This document shows positions 38,773 to 48,596 of a DNA stretch of 64,000 nt, one piece after another (within the stretch, counting starts at the first letter, position 1; each line of letters opens with the position of its first letter). The notes beneath the pieces were generated by a model. That model saw nothing but the letters and a program-made list of their open reading frames with translations, had not been told where the DNA came from and did no database searches. The DNA is from Candidatus Poribacteria bacterium (GTDB lineage: Bacteria > Poribacteria > WGA-4E > PCPOR2b), in assembly GCA_965116925.1 (NCBI GenBank), contig OZ220744.1, positions 2,080,001 through 2,144,000 on the forward strand, read 5' to 3'. A program made the translations under genes and the position numbers.

Positions 38773-40056
38773 TCAATCGCTCATCTCATCACCAAAGAAG
38801 TATTGTTGCCAATTGGTAATGTTGCCGTACTCGTCCATGTTGAGCTGTTCAATTTCGGAAGTGCCATCGTTGACTTGGCAGAAATAGAGTGCCGTATCAG
38901 ACGCTGGAATCTCCTCCTCGGCGATGCGTCGTTGCAGGCGTCGCAGCAGATGTTCGCTGTGGGTCTCAAGGATAATCTGGATATTCCGATTTTTTACCAC
39001 GTCGATGAGGATATCCGTTAGATCCGCCTGCGCTTTCGGATGCAGATGTGCCTCAGGTTGTTCAAGGATGAGGATTGAACCTTCGGGGACATAATAGCAG
39101 AGTGCCAACGTCGGCAGGATCTGGAAAACACCCAAGCCGATGTCAGTGAGTCGGACTTCGGGACCGTCCTTGTACTGTTTGAGGCGAAATTCGTAGTCCT
39201 TCTCCCCATCAGGATCCGCTTGGAGACGATAGGAATCAATCAGTTCCAGTCGTTGTAACCATTTCAATATCTGCTCATCGATGGAGAGGAGTTGAATCCG
39301 TCCGGAAAGCAGTGCGGCAATTGCCTGTTCCCCGTACTGTCCGACACCTTTCGGGTGTTCACCGCCGTATGCGTAGCGATGTCGAGGCGGTTCACGGAGC
39401 GGGCTAAGGTGATAGATTCGAGAAAACAGGTCCTTGAAAGCCCGTTCAAACGACAAGAAAGGGGTATCTGGCACTCTAGTCGATCCGTCCCGAATCCCGT
39501 AGCATCGGAACGGGAATGAGGAGAGTGCCCCTTGGGGTTTATGGTTGGGGGGACATACTATTTTGTACTGACTGTCAGCATCCCGCACGATTCCAAAAAA
39601 TTCGTACCCATCGGACATATAACCGAAGCCATCGACAGCAACCGAATCATTTCCTGCAGCGACAATAGTGGTTGAAAAGGAGAGCGCGCCAATTTCGAGG
39701 CGATTGGAACCTTGAGGGGTTCGGGGCAGTGCCTGCCCAAGCGTACTCCCACCTCCAATAGTCAGCTTTTCAGGCAACTGCCACGACACAGAGATGTCGA
39801 GACTTAAACCCGTTTTGTGTCGATGGATGACCTCATTAAAGTTGGATAAGTTGACCACCGATCTCTCATCGCCGAAATCAATTACCCCGTTCCAATCCGG
39901 CGGACGCTCCGCGGTCTGCTTGAGCATGAGCAGCGTTTGAAAAATGCTGGTTTTGCCGGAGCTATTCGCGCCGAAGAACCCTGTCAATGGGGCTATCTGC
40001 AACTGACCCGTATTTTCCCACGACTTAAAATTCTGCGCGCTGAGTTCGGTAATCAT
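38773..40056 (-). CDS. ABC-type AAA ATPase (AAA_21/DUF3696-like), possibly truncated by a late nonsense codon
   Basis: NFKS, GANSSGKTS Walker A, LTDIGLGVFQILP, ILEQPEAHLHP, ETHSEH. After TGA the frame runs 15 more codons to TAA at 38727-25. Confidence 0.8.
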   Translation of the reverse strand: MITELSAQNFKSWENTGQLQIAPLTGFFGANSSGKTSIFQTLLMLKQTAERPPDWNGVIDFGDERSVVNLSNFNEVIHRHKTGLSLDISVSWQLPEKLTIGGGSTLGQALPRTPQGSNRLEIGALSFSTTIVAAGNDSVAVDGFGYMSDGYEFFGIVRDADSQYKIVCPPNHKPQGALSSFPFRCYGIRDGSTRVPDTPFLSFERAFKDLFSRIYHLSPLREPPRHRYAYGGEHPKGVGQYGEQAIAALLSGRIQLLSIDEQILKWLQRLELIDSYRLQADPDGEKDYEFRLKQYKDGPEVRLTDIGLGVFQILPTLALCYYVPEGSILILEQPEAHLHPKAQADLTDILIDVVKNRNIQIILETHSEHLLRRLQRRIAEEEIPASDTALYFCQVNDGTSEIEQLNMDEYGNITNWQQYFFGDEMSD

Positions 40057-40131
40057 AACGGATACCTCGCTTACTATTTTTTACGCATTACGTTGCCTAT
40101 ACACATTGCGCTCCTCTGGAGCGCGGTCTCA

Positions 40132-40521
40132 TAGGTATTAGCATTCTATAGACATATCGCTCCTCTGGAGCGAAAGATAAAGCACTGAACGGGCGGGGTG
40201 CGCCCCTACACAGAGCCGACGGATTTTCAATACGTAGCAATTTGGTTTATTTTAATTCAACACGCTGTCCTGTGTGGGCTGACTCGTGCAGACCACCAAT
40301 CACACGCCTGTTCCCTAACGCATCCGCTTAGGTATTAGATTCTATAGACATATCGCTCCTCTGGAGCGAAAGATAAAGCACTGAGCGGGCGGGGTGACCC
40401 CCTACACAGAACCGATGGATTCTCAAGGCATAGCGATTTGGGTTATTTCAATTCAACACGGCGACCTGTGTGGGCTGACTCGTGCAGACCATCAATCACG
40501 CGCATGTTCCCTGATGCATCT
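40132..40521. repeat. Diverged ~197-bp tandem duplication including REP hairpins and the 3' end of the adjacent oxidoreductase gene
   Basis: TAGGTATTAG..ATTCTATAGACATATCGCTCCTCTGGAGCGAAAGATAAAGCACTGA...CCCCTACACAGA...TGTGTGGGCTGACTCGTGCAGACC occurs twice, starting ~40132 and ~40329. Confidence 0.85.
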
Positions 40522-41435
40522 GATATTGGTAGGAGCGGAGGCTTCCCGGTGGAGATGGCTTCGCACAAGCTCAAGAGTTCAGCGGCATACGGATTTACCC
40601 CTTCGACTGTCACCGTCTCGGTTTTGCCCTCTCGAATCAGCGTGAAGCTACATTCGCCTTCGCTGTTTCCCCATGCCTTGGGCGCGACAATTGTCCCTTC
40701 CGTGCCAGCTACCTCATAGGACTCACGCCATGTCCAGCCGAAACTGCAATCAAACTGCCCAGTAATGCCATCGCCGAAATCGAGCGTTCCAATCAGTGTA
40801 TCCCATACATCACTGATTGGTTCAAACTTGCCGGTCGCCCAGACAGCTTGCGGTTCCGTCCCAATCATATAACGGATGACATTGATGCAGTAGCAGCCCA
40901 AATCCATCACCGCGCCGCCGCCCTGATCGCCGCGCAGCCGCCAGTTTGTTCGATCTGTCAATCCAGTCGAAAAGGAGGATCCGGCAAAACGGACATCGCC
41001 GATCGCGCCGTCAAGGATATGCTGCTTGACAGAAAGCGTCAGGGGGTGGTGGCGATACATGAATCCCTCCATCAACAGCACGTCGGCAGATGAGGTGACT
41101 TGAATCATCTGTTCAAGCTGCGTTGCGTTGACAGCAATCGGCTTTTCGCAAAGGATTGCCTTCACACCGCCGCGGACTCCTTCCAAGATATGTTTCAGAT
41201 GGAGTGTGGGCCATGTTGCGACTATCAATACGTCTGGTTTTTGCTGCTCAAGCATCCGTCTCAAGTCGTTATAAGTGTTTTTAACATTGAATTGCTCTGC
41301 GAAGTTTTTGACTGCTTCGAACTTAACATCACAGGCACCGACGAAGTCGATCTCCGGGAGGTTTTGTGAGGCGTTTCCGTGTGCTCTGGAAATCCCGCCA
41401 CAACCGACTATGGCAACCTTATACTTTTCGCTCAT
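40443..41435 (-). CDS. Gfo/Idh/MocA family oxidoreductase
   Basis: IVGCGGIS, LCEKP, MEGFMYRHHP, GGGAVMDLGCY. Confidence 0.92.
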   Translation of the reverse strand: MSEKYKVAIVGCGGISRAHGNASQNLPEIDFVGACDVKFEAVKNFAEQFNVKNTYNDLRRMLEQQKPDVLIVATWPTLHLKHILEGVRGGVKAILCEKPIAVNATQLEQMIQVTSSADVLLMEGFMYRHHPLTLSVKQHILDGAIGDVRFAGSSFSTGLTDRTNWRLRGDQGGGAVMDLGCYCINVIRYMIGTEPQAVWATGKFEPISDVWDTLIGTLDFGDGITGQFDCSFGWTWRESYEVAGTEGTIVAPKAWGNSEGECSFTLIREGKTETVTVEGVNPYAAELLSLCEAISTGKPPLLPISDASGNMRVIDGLHESAHTGRRVELK

Positions 41436-41459
41436 GGTTTCTCCTTATCAACCGAGTGT

Positions 41460-41483
41460 GGAACGCAGATCTGCGTTCCCTAC
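41460..41483. repeat. REP-like palindrome ending in CTAC
   Basis: GGAACGCAGATCTGCGTTCC-CTAC between two co-oriented genes. Confidence 0.65.
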
Positions 41484-41494
41484 ACCGACTACTC

Positions 41495-42472
41495 TTACCC
41501 TATAGAGGATATAGATACTGGACTTCCCGTCTCACTTGACTGAATGGCTGCTAGTGAAATTGCCAGACTCTTAACGGCATCACTGTAGGGACTCAGGATC
41601 TTGGATGCATCCGTGTTTCGGATAGCATCGACAAACACCTCGTCAATGCTCGGTCCCGGTGCTGTTTTGGTAACAACTTCTCCATTTTCCCTCACCTCCA
41701 AACCACCAACACCCCAGTGAATCAGTTGATTCTCATACAAGATGTCCAACACGTTTGCGTGTGACCAATCGCCTGGATCATAGGACCAAGAGGTGGTCAA
41801 CGATCCAACTGCTCCGTTGACGAACTTCATTGTCACGCAGTTATTGTCGGGGCAATCAATCTCCTTTAGCACACGGTTTGCGCTGATTGCGTAGACCTCC
41901 TCCACCTCGCCGACGAGGTAACGCATCATGTCGATGGTGTGGGTCGCCTGTTCCAAGATCTGTCCGCCGGATTTGCTCATCTGTCGCTGCCAAGAATTGG
42001 GATCGCCGCGTCCGCTGCCGGACCAATATTTGCCGATGGCTATGTTGACCACTTTTTCACTGAGCACCTGACGTGCCAATTGCGTTGAGCCTAGATAGCG
42101 TAGTTGATAGCCAACACAGGTGATGATGCCAGCGGTATTCACGGCTTCCTCAATCTGCCGTGCGGTCTCGATGTTGACCGCCACCGGTTTCTCAACAAGA
42201 AACGGCAATCCACGCTCGATTACGTCCAACTCCGGCGTTCCGTGTGCAAACACAGGAAGGCTCAGGTAGATGCCATCCAGATCATCACGTTCCAGCATGA
42301 GATTGTGATTGGTGTAAGGTTGGGCATTGTAACTCTCGGCGGCGTTTTGCGCGCGTTCTTCCTGAACATCGCAGGTCCCAATGATACGGACGCCTTCCAG
42401 ATCGGACAACCGTCGCATGTGTCCATTGGCGTTGCCTCCACAGCCGATAAAACCGATTTTGACTTCTTGCAT
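41495..42472 (-). CDS. Gfo/Idh/MocA family oxidoreductase
   Basis: IGFIGCGGNA, LVEKP, SGGQILEQATH. Confidence 0.92.
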   Translation of the reverse strand: MQEVKIGFIGCGGNANGHMRRLSDLEGVRIIGTCDVQEERAQNAAESYNAQPYTNHNLMLERDDLDGIYLSLPVFAHGTPELDVIERGLPFLVEKPVAVNIETARQIEEAVNTAGIITCVGYQLRYLGSTQLARQVLSEKVVNIAIGKYWSGSGRGDPNSWQRQMSKSGGQILEQATHTIDMMRYLVGEVEEVYAISANRVLKEIDCPDNNCVTMKFVNGAVGSLTTSWSYDPGDWSHANVLDILYENQLIHWGVGGLEVRENGEVVTKTAPGPSIDEVFVDAIRNTDASKILSPYSDAVKSLAISLAAIQSSETGSPVSISSIG

Positions 42473-42513
42473 TGCCTTCCTCTTCTAATTTATGATTGGG
42501 TTTTTCTTCTCAA

Positions 42514-42542
42514 ATTGTAGCAAATCGGAGCGTGTCCGTCAA
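42514..42542 (-). promoter_or_regulatory. Sigma70-type promoter for the Gfo/Idh/MocA pair
   Basis: Minus strand TTGACG-17 bp-(TGc)TACAAT. Confidence 0.6.
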
Positions 42543-42778
42543 TCTCTTTATCGTGAGCCTACGCTGTAATTCTTCGGTCAGTCTCACACGACTACAACAC
42601 CTCTGTAAAAAAGGAGACAAATAAACGTAGAAGTTTCGCTTCAGCAGAAAATTTTTCCACAGAACGGACGATTAAATCAGATTTTGCTTATTTATAATTA
42701 GACGTTTTATCGTAGTTTCCGTCATAGAAATAAATCAATTATAAATTTCAATTGACATAAAAAGAAAATTGACAATAA

Positions 42779-42933
42779 TAGGAGTTACGCGCTTCGCTGG
42801 CAAACATCGCACACCCCGTACAGGTTAGGCAACCTGTACCCACTATTACAGACTGGGAGCCCCCAATTTCTTCAAGAGCAGGCACCGCCCCCCGAAGGCA
42901 GCGGCGATAGTTATATCAACTGCGTAAGTCCTA
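42779..42933. mobile_element. MITE-like element, family A
   Basis: TAGGAGTTACGC...AACTGCGTAAGTCCTA with an internal hairpin GTACAGGTTAGGCAACCTGTAC. Confidence 0.75.
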
Positions 42934-43000
42934 AATAAATAACTTGAAGGATAATATTTGGGAGTTAGTTTATCGTTATGGGAAACGAGGAAGCAAACCG

Positions 43001-44737
43001 ATGAGAAAAGAAAAAATAGAAGATAGAAAGCCCGAAATTCCATTTTTATCAATCGGTAGGTTATCCCAATGGTTTGGTTGGATCTGCTTATTTCTATGTT
43101 ATTCGGCTGCAAAAACTGCCTACACAGATGACTATTTTGACCGGGTAACGGTTGCCTCGAATGGTCGTCTGACGCGGTTTGATCGCGATCGCATTACGGT
43201 CTATACGGATACTATTCCATTTGAATCGGGGGTTTACGAGGAAGCATTGCACCAATCGTTGTCGCTATGGGAGCAGAAAACCCACGGCCAATTGCAATTT
43301 GAATTGACACCAGATGCTGCCGCAGCAGACATTCGGATAAAGTGGGCATATCAGCAGGACAGACGACAAAGCAACGAATATATCGGCGAGGCGATGTTGG
43401 TTCGAGAAGACGAGGGATTTCATGTAGAAATTGAGGTTGCGCTGCGTGACCGAACATCGCTGAAGCCTCACTCATCTGACGTTATTCAAACCGTCTTGCT
43501 GCATGAGATTGGACACGCTATCGGGCTATGGGGCCACAGCGACGATCCGCACGATGTAATGTATTTCGCTGCAACGGCGAAAGCACCGACAGCGCGAGAT
43601 ATTGCAACGTGGACGAAGGTGAACGAAACGCCGGGTGATACCCCCTTTCACAGACGTGCCCTTCAGACACTAGCGGCTGAAATTGAGGAAGATCCGAAGA
43701 TTGCCGGCAATCACTATCTCATCGGTATGGTCTACGCGGATTTGGGCGATTATCATTTGGCGATTAACGCCTTCCAGCGTGCCCTTGAGATAGAGCCACA
43801 GCTCGGTGTTTCATCGGTGCAAATCGGCCGTATCTTCCAGCAGAGGGGGATATATGACCAAGCAATTAGGCACTACACAGAGGCGTTGAAAACCGCACCT
43901 TCCGCCGAGGTGTTTGGTGCTTTAGGGACACTCTGGTTACTTCAGGGTGAGTTTGATCAAGCGGTGAACTCCCTGCAACGCGCACTTACTTTTGCCCCGG
44001 CTTCCGCAACGTTAAACCAGAACCTCCTAGCAGCGTACCATCGTTGGGGTGTTCATTACCTGAAGACAGATCAGCTTTCTGAGGCGTTCAAATGCTTCGA
44101 GCGAGGCTTGAAGCGATTCCCGTTTTCTGAAATCCTACTTTCCGATCTCGCTGCGGCACACACCGCCGCGGAGGAATACCAAAAAGCCTTAGACATCTAT
44201 CAACGGGTCCTCCAGATTAACCCTAAATATACCGCTGCAAGAGTTGGGATGGGAACCACCTTAAACAACTGGGGATCACAATATGCCCGTAATAAAGATT
44301 GGGAGCAGGCACTTGATTGTTATGAACAGGCGTTGGGATACGATCCAGCGTGCCGATCCGCGCTTCAGAATCTGGGCGAGACGCTGATGCGGATCGGTTG
44401 GGAGCAGGGAGCAAACGGAGATATGGAGGGGGCGATCGGTACATATCAAAAGCTGATAGCAGTTGCCCCCGATAATGCGGAAGTTCACAATAATTTAGGT
44501 GTCATCCACTTCAGAAAGCGGGAATACGGCAAGGCAAAAACCTACTTTGAAACTGCACTTGCATTGGACGCGAACTATGATGAAGCACACGCGAATTTGA
44601 GTTATGTCCGGCGGGAACGGGTCTATAGCATAGTCAAACAGTGGGTTGTACCGGTGGGGGTCGTTTTGCTAGTTGGGTTTGCCTGTGTAAAAATGATAAA
44701 CAGACGCCGGAAAACGATGCGTCTGAAACCGATGTAG
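43001..44737 (+). CDS. Matrixin-type (metzincin) zinc protease fused to TPR repeats, with C-terminal membrane anchor
   Basis: HEIGHAIGLWGHS..DVMY (Met-turn), many TPRs (e.g. AEVHNNLGVIHFRKREYGKAKTYFETAL), C-terminal hydrophobic helix plus RRRK; SD GAGG before ATG 43001. Confidence 0.85.
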   Translation: MRKEKIEDRKPEIPFLSIGRLSQWFGWICLFLCYSAAKTAYTDDYFDRVTVASNGRLTRFDRDRITVYTDTIPFESGVYEEALHQSLSLWEQKTHGQLQFELTPDAAAADIRIKWAYQQDRRQSNEYIGEAMLVREDEGFHVEIEVALRDRTSLKPHSSDVIQTVLLHEIGHAIGLWGHSDDPHDVMYFAATAKAPTARDIATWTKVNETPGDTPFHRRALQTLAAEIEEDPKIAGNHYLIGMVYADLGDYHLAINAFQRALEIEPQLGVSSVQIGRIFQQRGIYDQAIRHYTEALKTAPSAEVFGALGTLWLLQGEFDQAVNSLQRALTFAPASATLNQNLLAAYHRWGVHYLKTDQLSEAFKCFERGLKRFPFSEILLSDLAAAHTAAEEYQKALDIYQRVLQINPKYTAARVGMGTTLNNWGSQYARNKDWEQALDCYEQALGYDPACRSALQNLGETLMRIGWEQGANGDMEGAIGTYQKLIAVAPDNAEVHNNLGVIHFRKREYGKAKTYFETALALDANYDEAHANLSYVRRERVYSIVKQWVVPVGVVLLVGFACVKMINRRRKTMRLKPM

Positions 44738-44775
44738 CACAACTTATATGCTCCTTGCTTTGGGATTTTTAATAC

Positions 44776-44897
44776 GCTCATGTTAAGATTTAGTGCAAAG
44801 AAACCGAATGTTCGTAGGAGTTGGGTCCCCCAACCCTTACGGCGGGCGGGGAGACCCCGCCCCTACGATTTCGCTTCGTGTTTTGCACTTTCTTTAA
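44776..44897. mobile_element. MITE-like element, family C (GCTCATGTTAAG left end) carrying a GTAG-REP doublet
   Basis: GCTCATGTTAAG..AGTGCAAAGAAACCG...GTAGGAGTTGGG...GCCCCTAC...TTTGCACTTTCTT; related to 56959-57048. Confidence 0.65.
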
Positions 44898-46915
44898 TTT
44901 ACATTTGAAATCACCAGGGGTTCTATGCCCAATTCTGCTACTTGACTGATGAGCTCTGCGGCATCTTCTCTGTTGTGGAATCCTCCGATTGTTACACGAT
45001 ACCACAGTCTTGATCGGATCACCACCTCGGTGAGATGAGTTTTCGCCCCTAATTTCAACGCTTCCAATGAATCAACCAGCGATTCGGCGTTCGTGCGATT
45101 TTGGAATGAACCGACCATTATGGTGTATTTTGGCGGCGTGCGGGAAACCTCCACTTCTTCCTGCTTTTCCTCACTTGATGTTGCTACAACTTTGTCTTCC
45201 CTATTGTCTAAATCTTCTTTATCAACTCTGATAGTTGAAAATGATGCTTCGCCGGTGCTGCGATTGCCCGCAATATCGTGGACTGTCAATACACAGCGAT
45301 AGGTGGCTTTTTGAGTGTTATCCGATTGCTCCCAGTTGTTCCAAACAACGGTATCGGACGGTTCGCCTTCTTCATCGATGCGATGAACCAATTTTTGATC
45401 TGCATCGAAAAATTGTAGCTGCCAACGGGCGAGCGGATTCAGATCTGACGCTTGGAGATGCACTTTCGGCATTTGGAGAACAGTTCCCTCGTCAGAGGCG
45501 GCAAAGACAGGTGGTTCTGCTGATATCTCAAGTGAGGCGGGTGTCGTATCGACAGTGATTTTTACTTCACTCTGCAACTGGCGGTCACCTGCAGCATCAA
45601 TGGTGAACCACTGGGCGGTGTATATGCCGTCACTCACCCGGTTACCTGCGTCATCTTCGCCTTCCCACACTATCTTTGTCGATGGCAAGCCAGTGCCGGA
45701 ATAGCGCTGGAGAATCCTGTTCAGTTTATCCTTCTCAGTACGCTGCTGAATCTCTAGTTCCCACGCTACTTCTTCGCCAACTTCCAGATCGAAAGTGATT
45801 TGGTCTTTCACGCCATCTCGGTTAGGAGAGATTATTTTCTCTGGGATGTGCAGCACAGCGGGAATTGGCTTGGGCATAACAATCGGTGCCGGCCGAGTCG
45901 GCGTAGCAGGCGGCACTTCGACGACTGGGGGAATTGAAACCTTGATTCCAGCGTCACCTTCTCCCCAGCGTAGGGTGGCAGAGATCCAGTGCATCGCTCC
46001 CTCCAACTCATTGCCTCTGACATAAGCGTAATCAAGCTGTCCGGAGGGACTTTGAATACTTAGACCCGTTGACCATTCCCCCGTTGTGAGTCGGCTGGGA
46101 ACCGCTGTGTATCCGAGCCGGAGTCCCAATCCTTTCCTAAACAGCCAACGTTCGACACCGAGATGGGTGCGTAGCCGTTCTCCGAAGCCAATACGGGTGT
46201 CGTTGTGCAGTACAAAATCTCCAGATAGGGTTGTATACTGATTAAAAGAGTGGGCTGCGCCAAGGCGTGTCACCGTGGGTATTCTTGCGACGGTTTCGGC
46301 GTTCTCCCAGATGTGTCCAGCAAGATCCTCCAGAGCCAAGCCGAATGTGATTTCCTCCCCGGGACGATCCAGCTCACGAACGAAGCGGATACCCAAGTCG
46401 AAGCTCCAAGCATACCGAGGACTAACAGAACTTCTGTGGCGGTAGTGCCGAAGGTTCGTACCGGCAGCGATACCTTTTCCCAAGGAAGCCCCGTATCCCA
46501 CAAGCACCATTCGGTTCTTTTCGGCGTCATTTCCCCAGCCATCAAACCAAGAAGATATTGAGAAATTCCCTACATTTGTTGATGCGATTCCGAGCTGCTG
46601 CGGATTTAACCCCAGCGAGAACGCCCCTTCTCGATCATCGGCGGATGCCGGAAAAGGGAGCCCAATGAGAGAGAGTTCTGTTGCGTCCAACAACCCGAGC
46701 GATGAGGGATTCCAGAATGAACTATCACTTGATGCGGGTCCCGCCGTGAACGCGCCTCCCATCCCTAAGGCGCGTGCGCTTGTTCCTACGAAGATCTGTC
46801 GGTTCTTGATGCCCGATTCTGCCTCGGCGAGTGCTACATTGAAGACAATGAGAGTGAATATGCCTAACACTGTAGTTATGAGATTCTTTTGATTTTTCAT
46901 GCCGTGCTGCTCCAT
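44894..46915 (-). CDS. Exported protein: PorV/UPF0164-like N-terminal domain + FlgD-like Ig domains + SPOR domain
   Basis: Signal peptide, SARALGMGGAFTA...FWNPSSL, ISPNRDGVKD...VWEGEDDAGNRVSDGIY, and C-terminal YTIMVGSFQNRTNA...WYRVTIGGF. Confidence 0.75.
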   Translation of the reverse strand: MEQHGMKNQKNLITTVLGIFTLIVFNVALAEAESGIKNRQIFVGTSARALGMGGAFTAGPASSDSSFWNPSSLGLLDATELSLIGLPFPASADDREGAFSLGLNPQQLGIASTNVGNFSISSWFDGWGNDAEKNRMVLVGYGASLGKGIAAGTNLRHYRHRSSVSPRYAWSFDLGIRFVRELDRPGEEITFGLALEDLAGHIWENAETVARIPTVTRLGAAHSFNQYTTLSGDFVLHNDTRIGFGERLRTHLGVERWLFRKGLGLRLGYTAVPSRLTTGEWSTGLSIQSPSGQLDYAYVRGNELEGAMHWISATLRWGEGDAGIKVSIPPVVEVPPATPTRPAPIVMPKPIPAVLHIPEKIISPNRDGVKDQITFDLEVGEEVAWELEIQQRTEKDKLNRILQRYSGTGLPSTKIVWEGEDDAGNRVSDGIYTAQWFTIDAAGDRQLQSEVKITVDTTPASLEISAEPPVFAASDEGTVLQMPKVHLQASDLNPLARWQLQFFDADQKLVHRIDEEGEPSDTVVWNNWEQSDNTQKATYRCVLTVHDIAGNRSTGEASFSTIRVDKEDLDNREDKVVATSSEEKQEEVEVSRTPPKYTIMVGSFQNRTNAESLVDSLEALKLGAKTHLTEVVIRSRLWYRVTIGGFHNREDAAELISQVAELGIEPLVISNVN

Positions 46916-47084
46916 TATTTTATGTTTTTTGGAAGTGATTGACTATCGGTTACAATTAACGCCTATCCTCCAATAATTGATACAGAAAACAGCGTCCTAG
47001 GAGAATACCGTCTCCAAGCCCATAGGTGGTTTTCACTCACGCTGCATCGCTGCGGCTAGGTGAACAGGATTCAATTGCAGGCAT

Positions 47085-47138
47085 AAAAAAAGGCGAGGGA
47101 GTGCCAAGTATATCATACTTAACAGTCTCCTCGCCTTT
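47085..47138 (-). terminator. Intrinsic terminator after the AlsT-like symporter
   Basis: Minus strand AAAGGCGAGGAG...CTCCCTCGCCTTTTTTT. Confidence 0.65.
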
Positions 47139-47197
47139 AGAAAAACAGCATCAACTGTAGCGATTCAATCCGTATGCGTTCGGCGCACCGGGACGTG

Positions 47198-48571
47198 CTA
47201 TGATTTGATTATATCTTTGTATTGCTCAAAATATGTTCGCGTCGCCTGCATCACTTTTGGTGCTAGCAGAAGTGTGGAGATCATCGTCGGAATCGCCATG
47301 AGAGCAAACGCACCATCAATGAGACTGATTGCGGCATCCAAAGAGACCACGGCAGCGACCACCATCAGTACCACATAGAAATAGTTGTAGATATGCTGAC
47401 GCTCTGCACCGATTAAAAAGCCCATACATTTCGCGCCGTAGTAGGAGTAGGCAAACATGGTGCTGGTGCTGAAGCAGACTACGCAGAGGGTGAGTAGATA
47501 GGGTCCGAAGCCGGGCATCGCTTTGTTAAAAGCCATTACTGTCAGCGTGATGCCGTTGGCTTCGCTGCTCTGCCATACCCCCGATGTGAGAATGATAAGT
47601 GCTGTGACAGTGCAGACAATAAGCGTGTCAATCGCAGGACCAAGCATGGCGATAAGCCCTTCTCGGACCGGCTCGGTGGTCTTAGCAGCACCGTGAGCCA
47701 AAGCTGCAGTGCCAATGCCTGCCTCGTTTGAATAAGCTGCTCGACGTATGCCCGTCATAATAACGGCACCAATCGCTCCACCGGCGACTGCCTGTCCGGA
47801 AAATGCGTCTGTTATAATTAGCCAGAGGCATTTCGGAATATTGGCGTAATTAACAGCAAGAATCCACACAGCGGCTGCCATATAGAGAATCAACATCCCC
47901 GGCACTAATTTTGAGGCGACTGTGCCAATCCGTAGGATACCGCCAAATATAATGAGCGCGACCACTCCTGCGATGATAATGCCGGCTATCAAATTAAAGG
48001 TAAAGTGCGATTCACCGATCCATCCGTTTGGAATAAAGATTACGTCCCGGAGAATCTGAACGAGTTGATTCACTTGGAACGCGGGCAAGGCACCTATCAG
48101 CGCGGCTACACAGAAGAAAGCCCCCAGAGGTTTCCATTTTTTCCCAAGCCCCTCAACAATTGCATACATCGGTCCGCCCTGCGTTGTCCCGCGGCTGTCC
48201 GTCCCTCGATACATGATGGCTAGGGTGCACGTGAAGAACTTTGTTGCCATCCCCACCACGGCACTGAGCCACATCCAGAAGATCGCCCCCGGTCCACCGA
48301 CTGTTACAGCGACTGCCACACCGGCGATATTTCCGACTCCAATTGTTGCTGCCAAGGCACTAGATAGTGCCGCAAAGTGCGAAATATCCCCAGGATCGCT
48401 GGGGTCATCGTATTTTCCACGTAAGATGTCAATGGCGTGCCTAATAAACCGAAAAGGCAAAAACCGGGAATAGCAGAGAAAAAAGGCGCCGCCTCCTAGG
48501 AGCAAGACCAGTAGCCAAGGTCCCCAAGCAACATCAGCAAAGCCAATTATGATTTTCTCGATCTGTTGCAT
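47198..48571 (-). CDS. Alanine/glycine:cation symporter (AGCS, AlsT-like)
   Basis: AATIGVGNIAGVA, GGPGAIFWMW, GGPMY, SNEAGIG, DTLIVCT. Confidence 0.93.
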   Translation of the reverse strand: MQQIEKIIIGFADVAWGPWLLVLLLGGGAFFLCYSRFLPFRFIRHAIDILRGKYDDPSDPGDISHFAALSSALAATIGVGNIAGVAVAVTVGGPGAIFWMWLSAVVGMATKFFTCTLAIMYRGTDSRGTTQGGPMYAIVEGLGKKWKPLGAFFCVAALIGALPAFQVNQLVQILRDVIFIPNGWIGESHFTFNLIAGIIIAGVVALIIFGGILRIGTVASKLVPGMLILYMAAAVWILAVNYANIPKCLWLIITDAFSGQAVAGGAIGAVIMTGIRRAAYSNEAGIGTAALAHGAAKTTEPVREGLIAMLGPAIDTLIVCTVTALIILTSGVWQSSEANGITLTVMAFNKAMPGFGPYLLTLCVVCFSTSTMFAYSYYGAKCMGFLIGAERQHIYNYFYVVLMVVAAVVSLDAAISLIDGAFALMAIPTMISTLLLAPKVMQATRTYFEQYKDIIKS

Positions 48572-48596
48572 ATTGTCAATCCTTTCTCATATTGGG

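Noticed and set aside
38773..38775. Selenocysteine at the AAA ATPase TGA
   Set aside because: No downstream hairpin and no Cys/redox context; a nonsense change is more likely.
40252..40520. DGR template/variable repeat pair
   Set aside because: Differences include C/T, T/G and T/A changes, so they are not adenine-specific; no reverse transcriptase is nearby.
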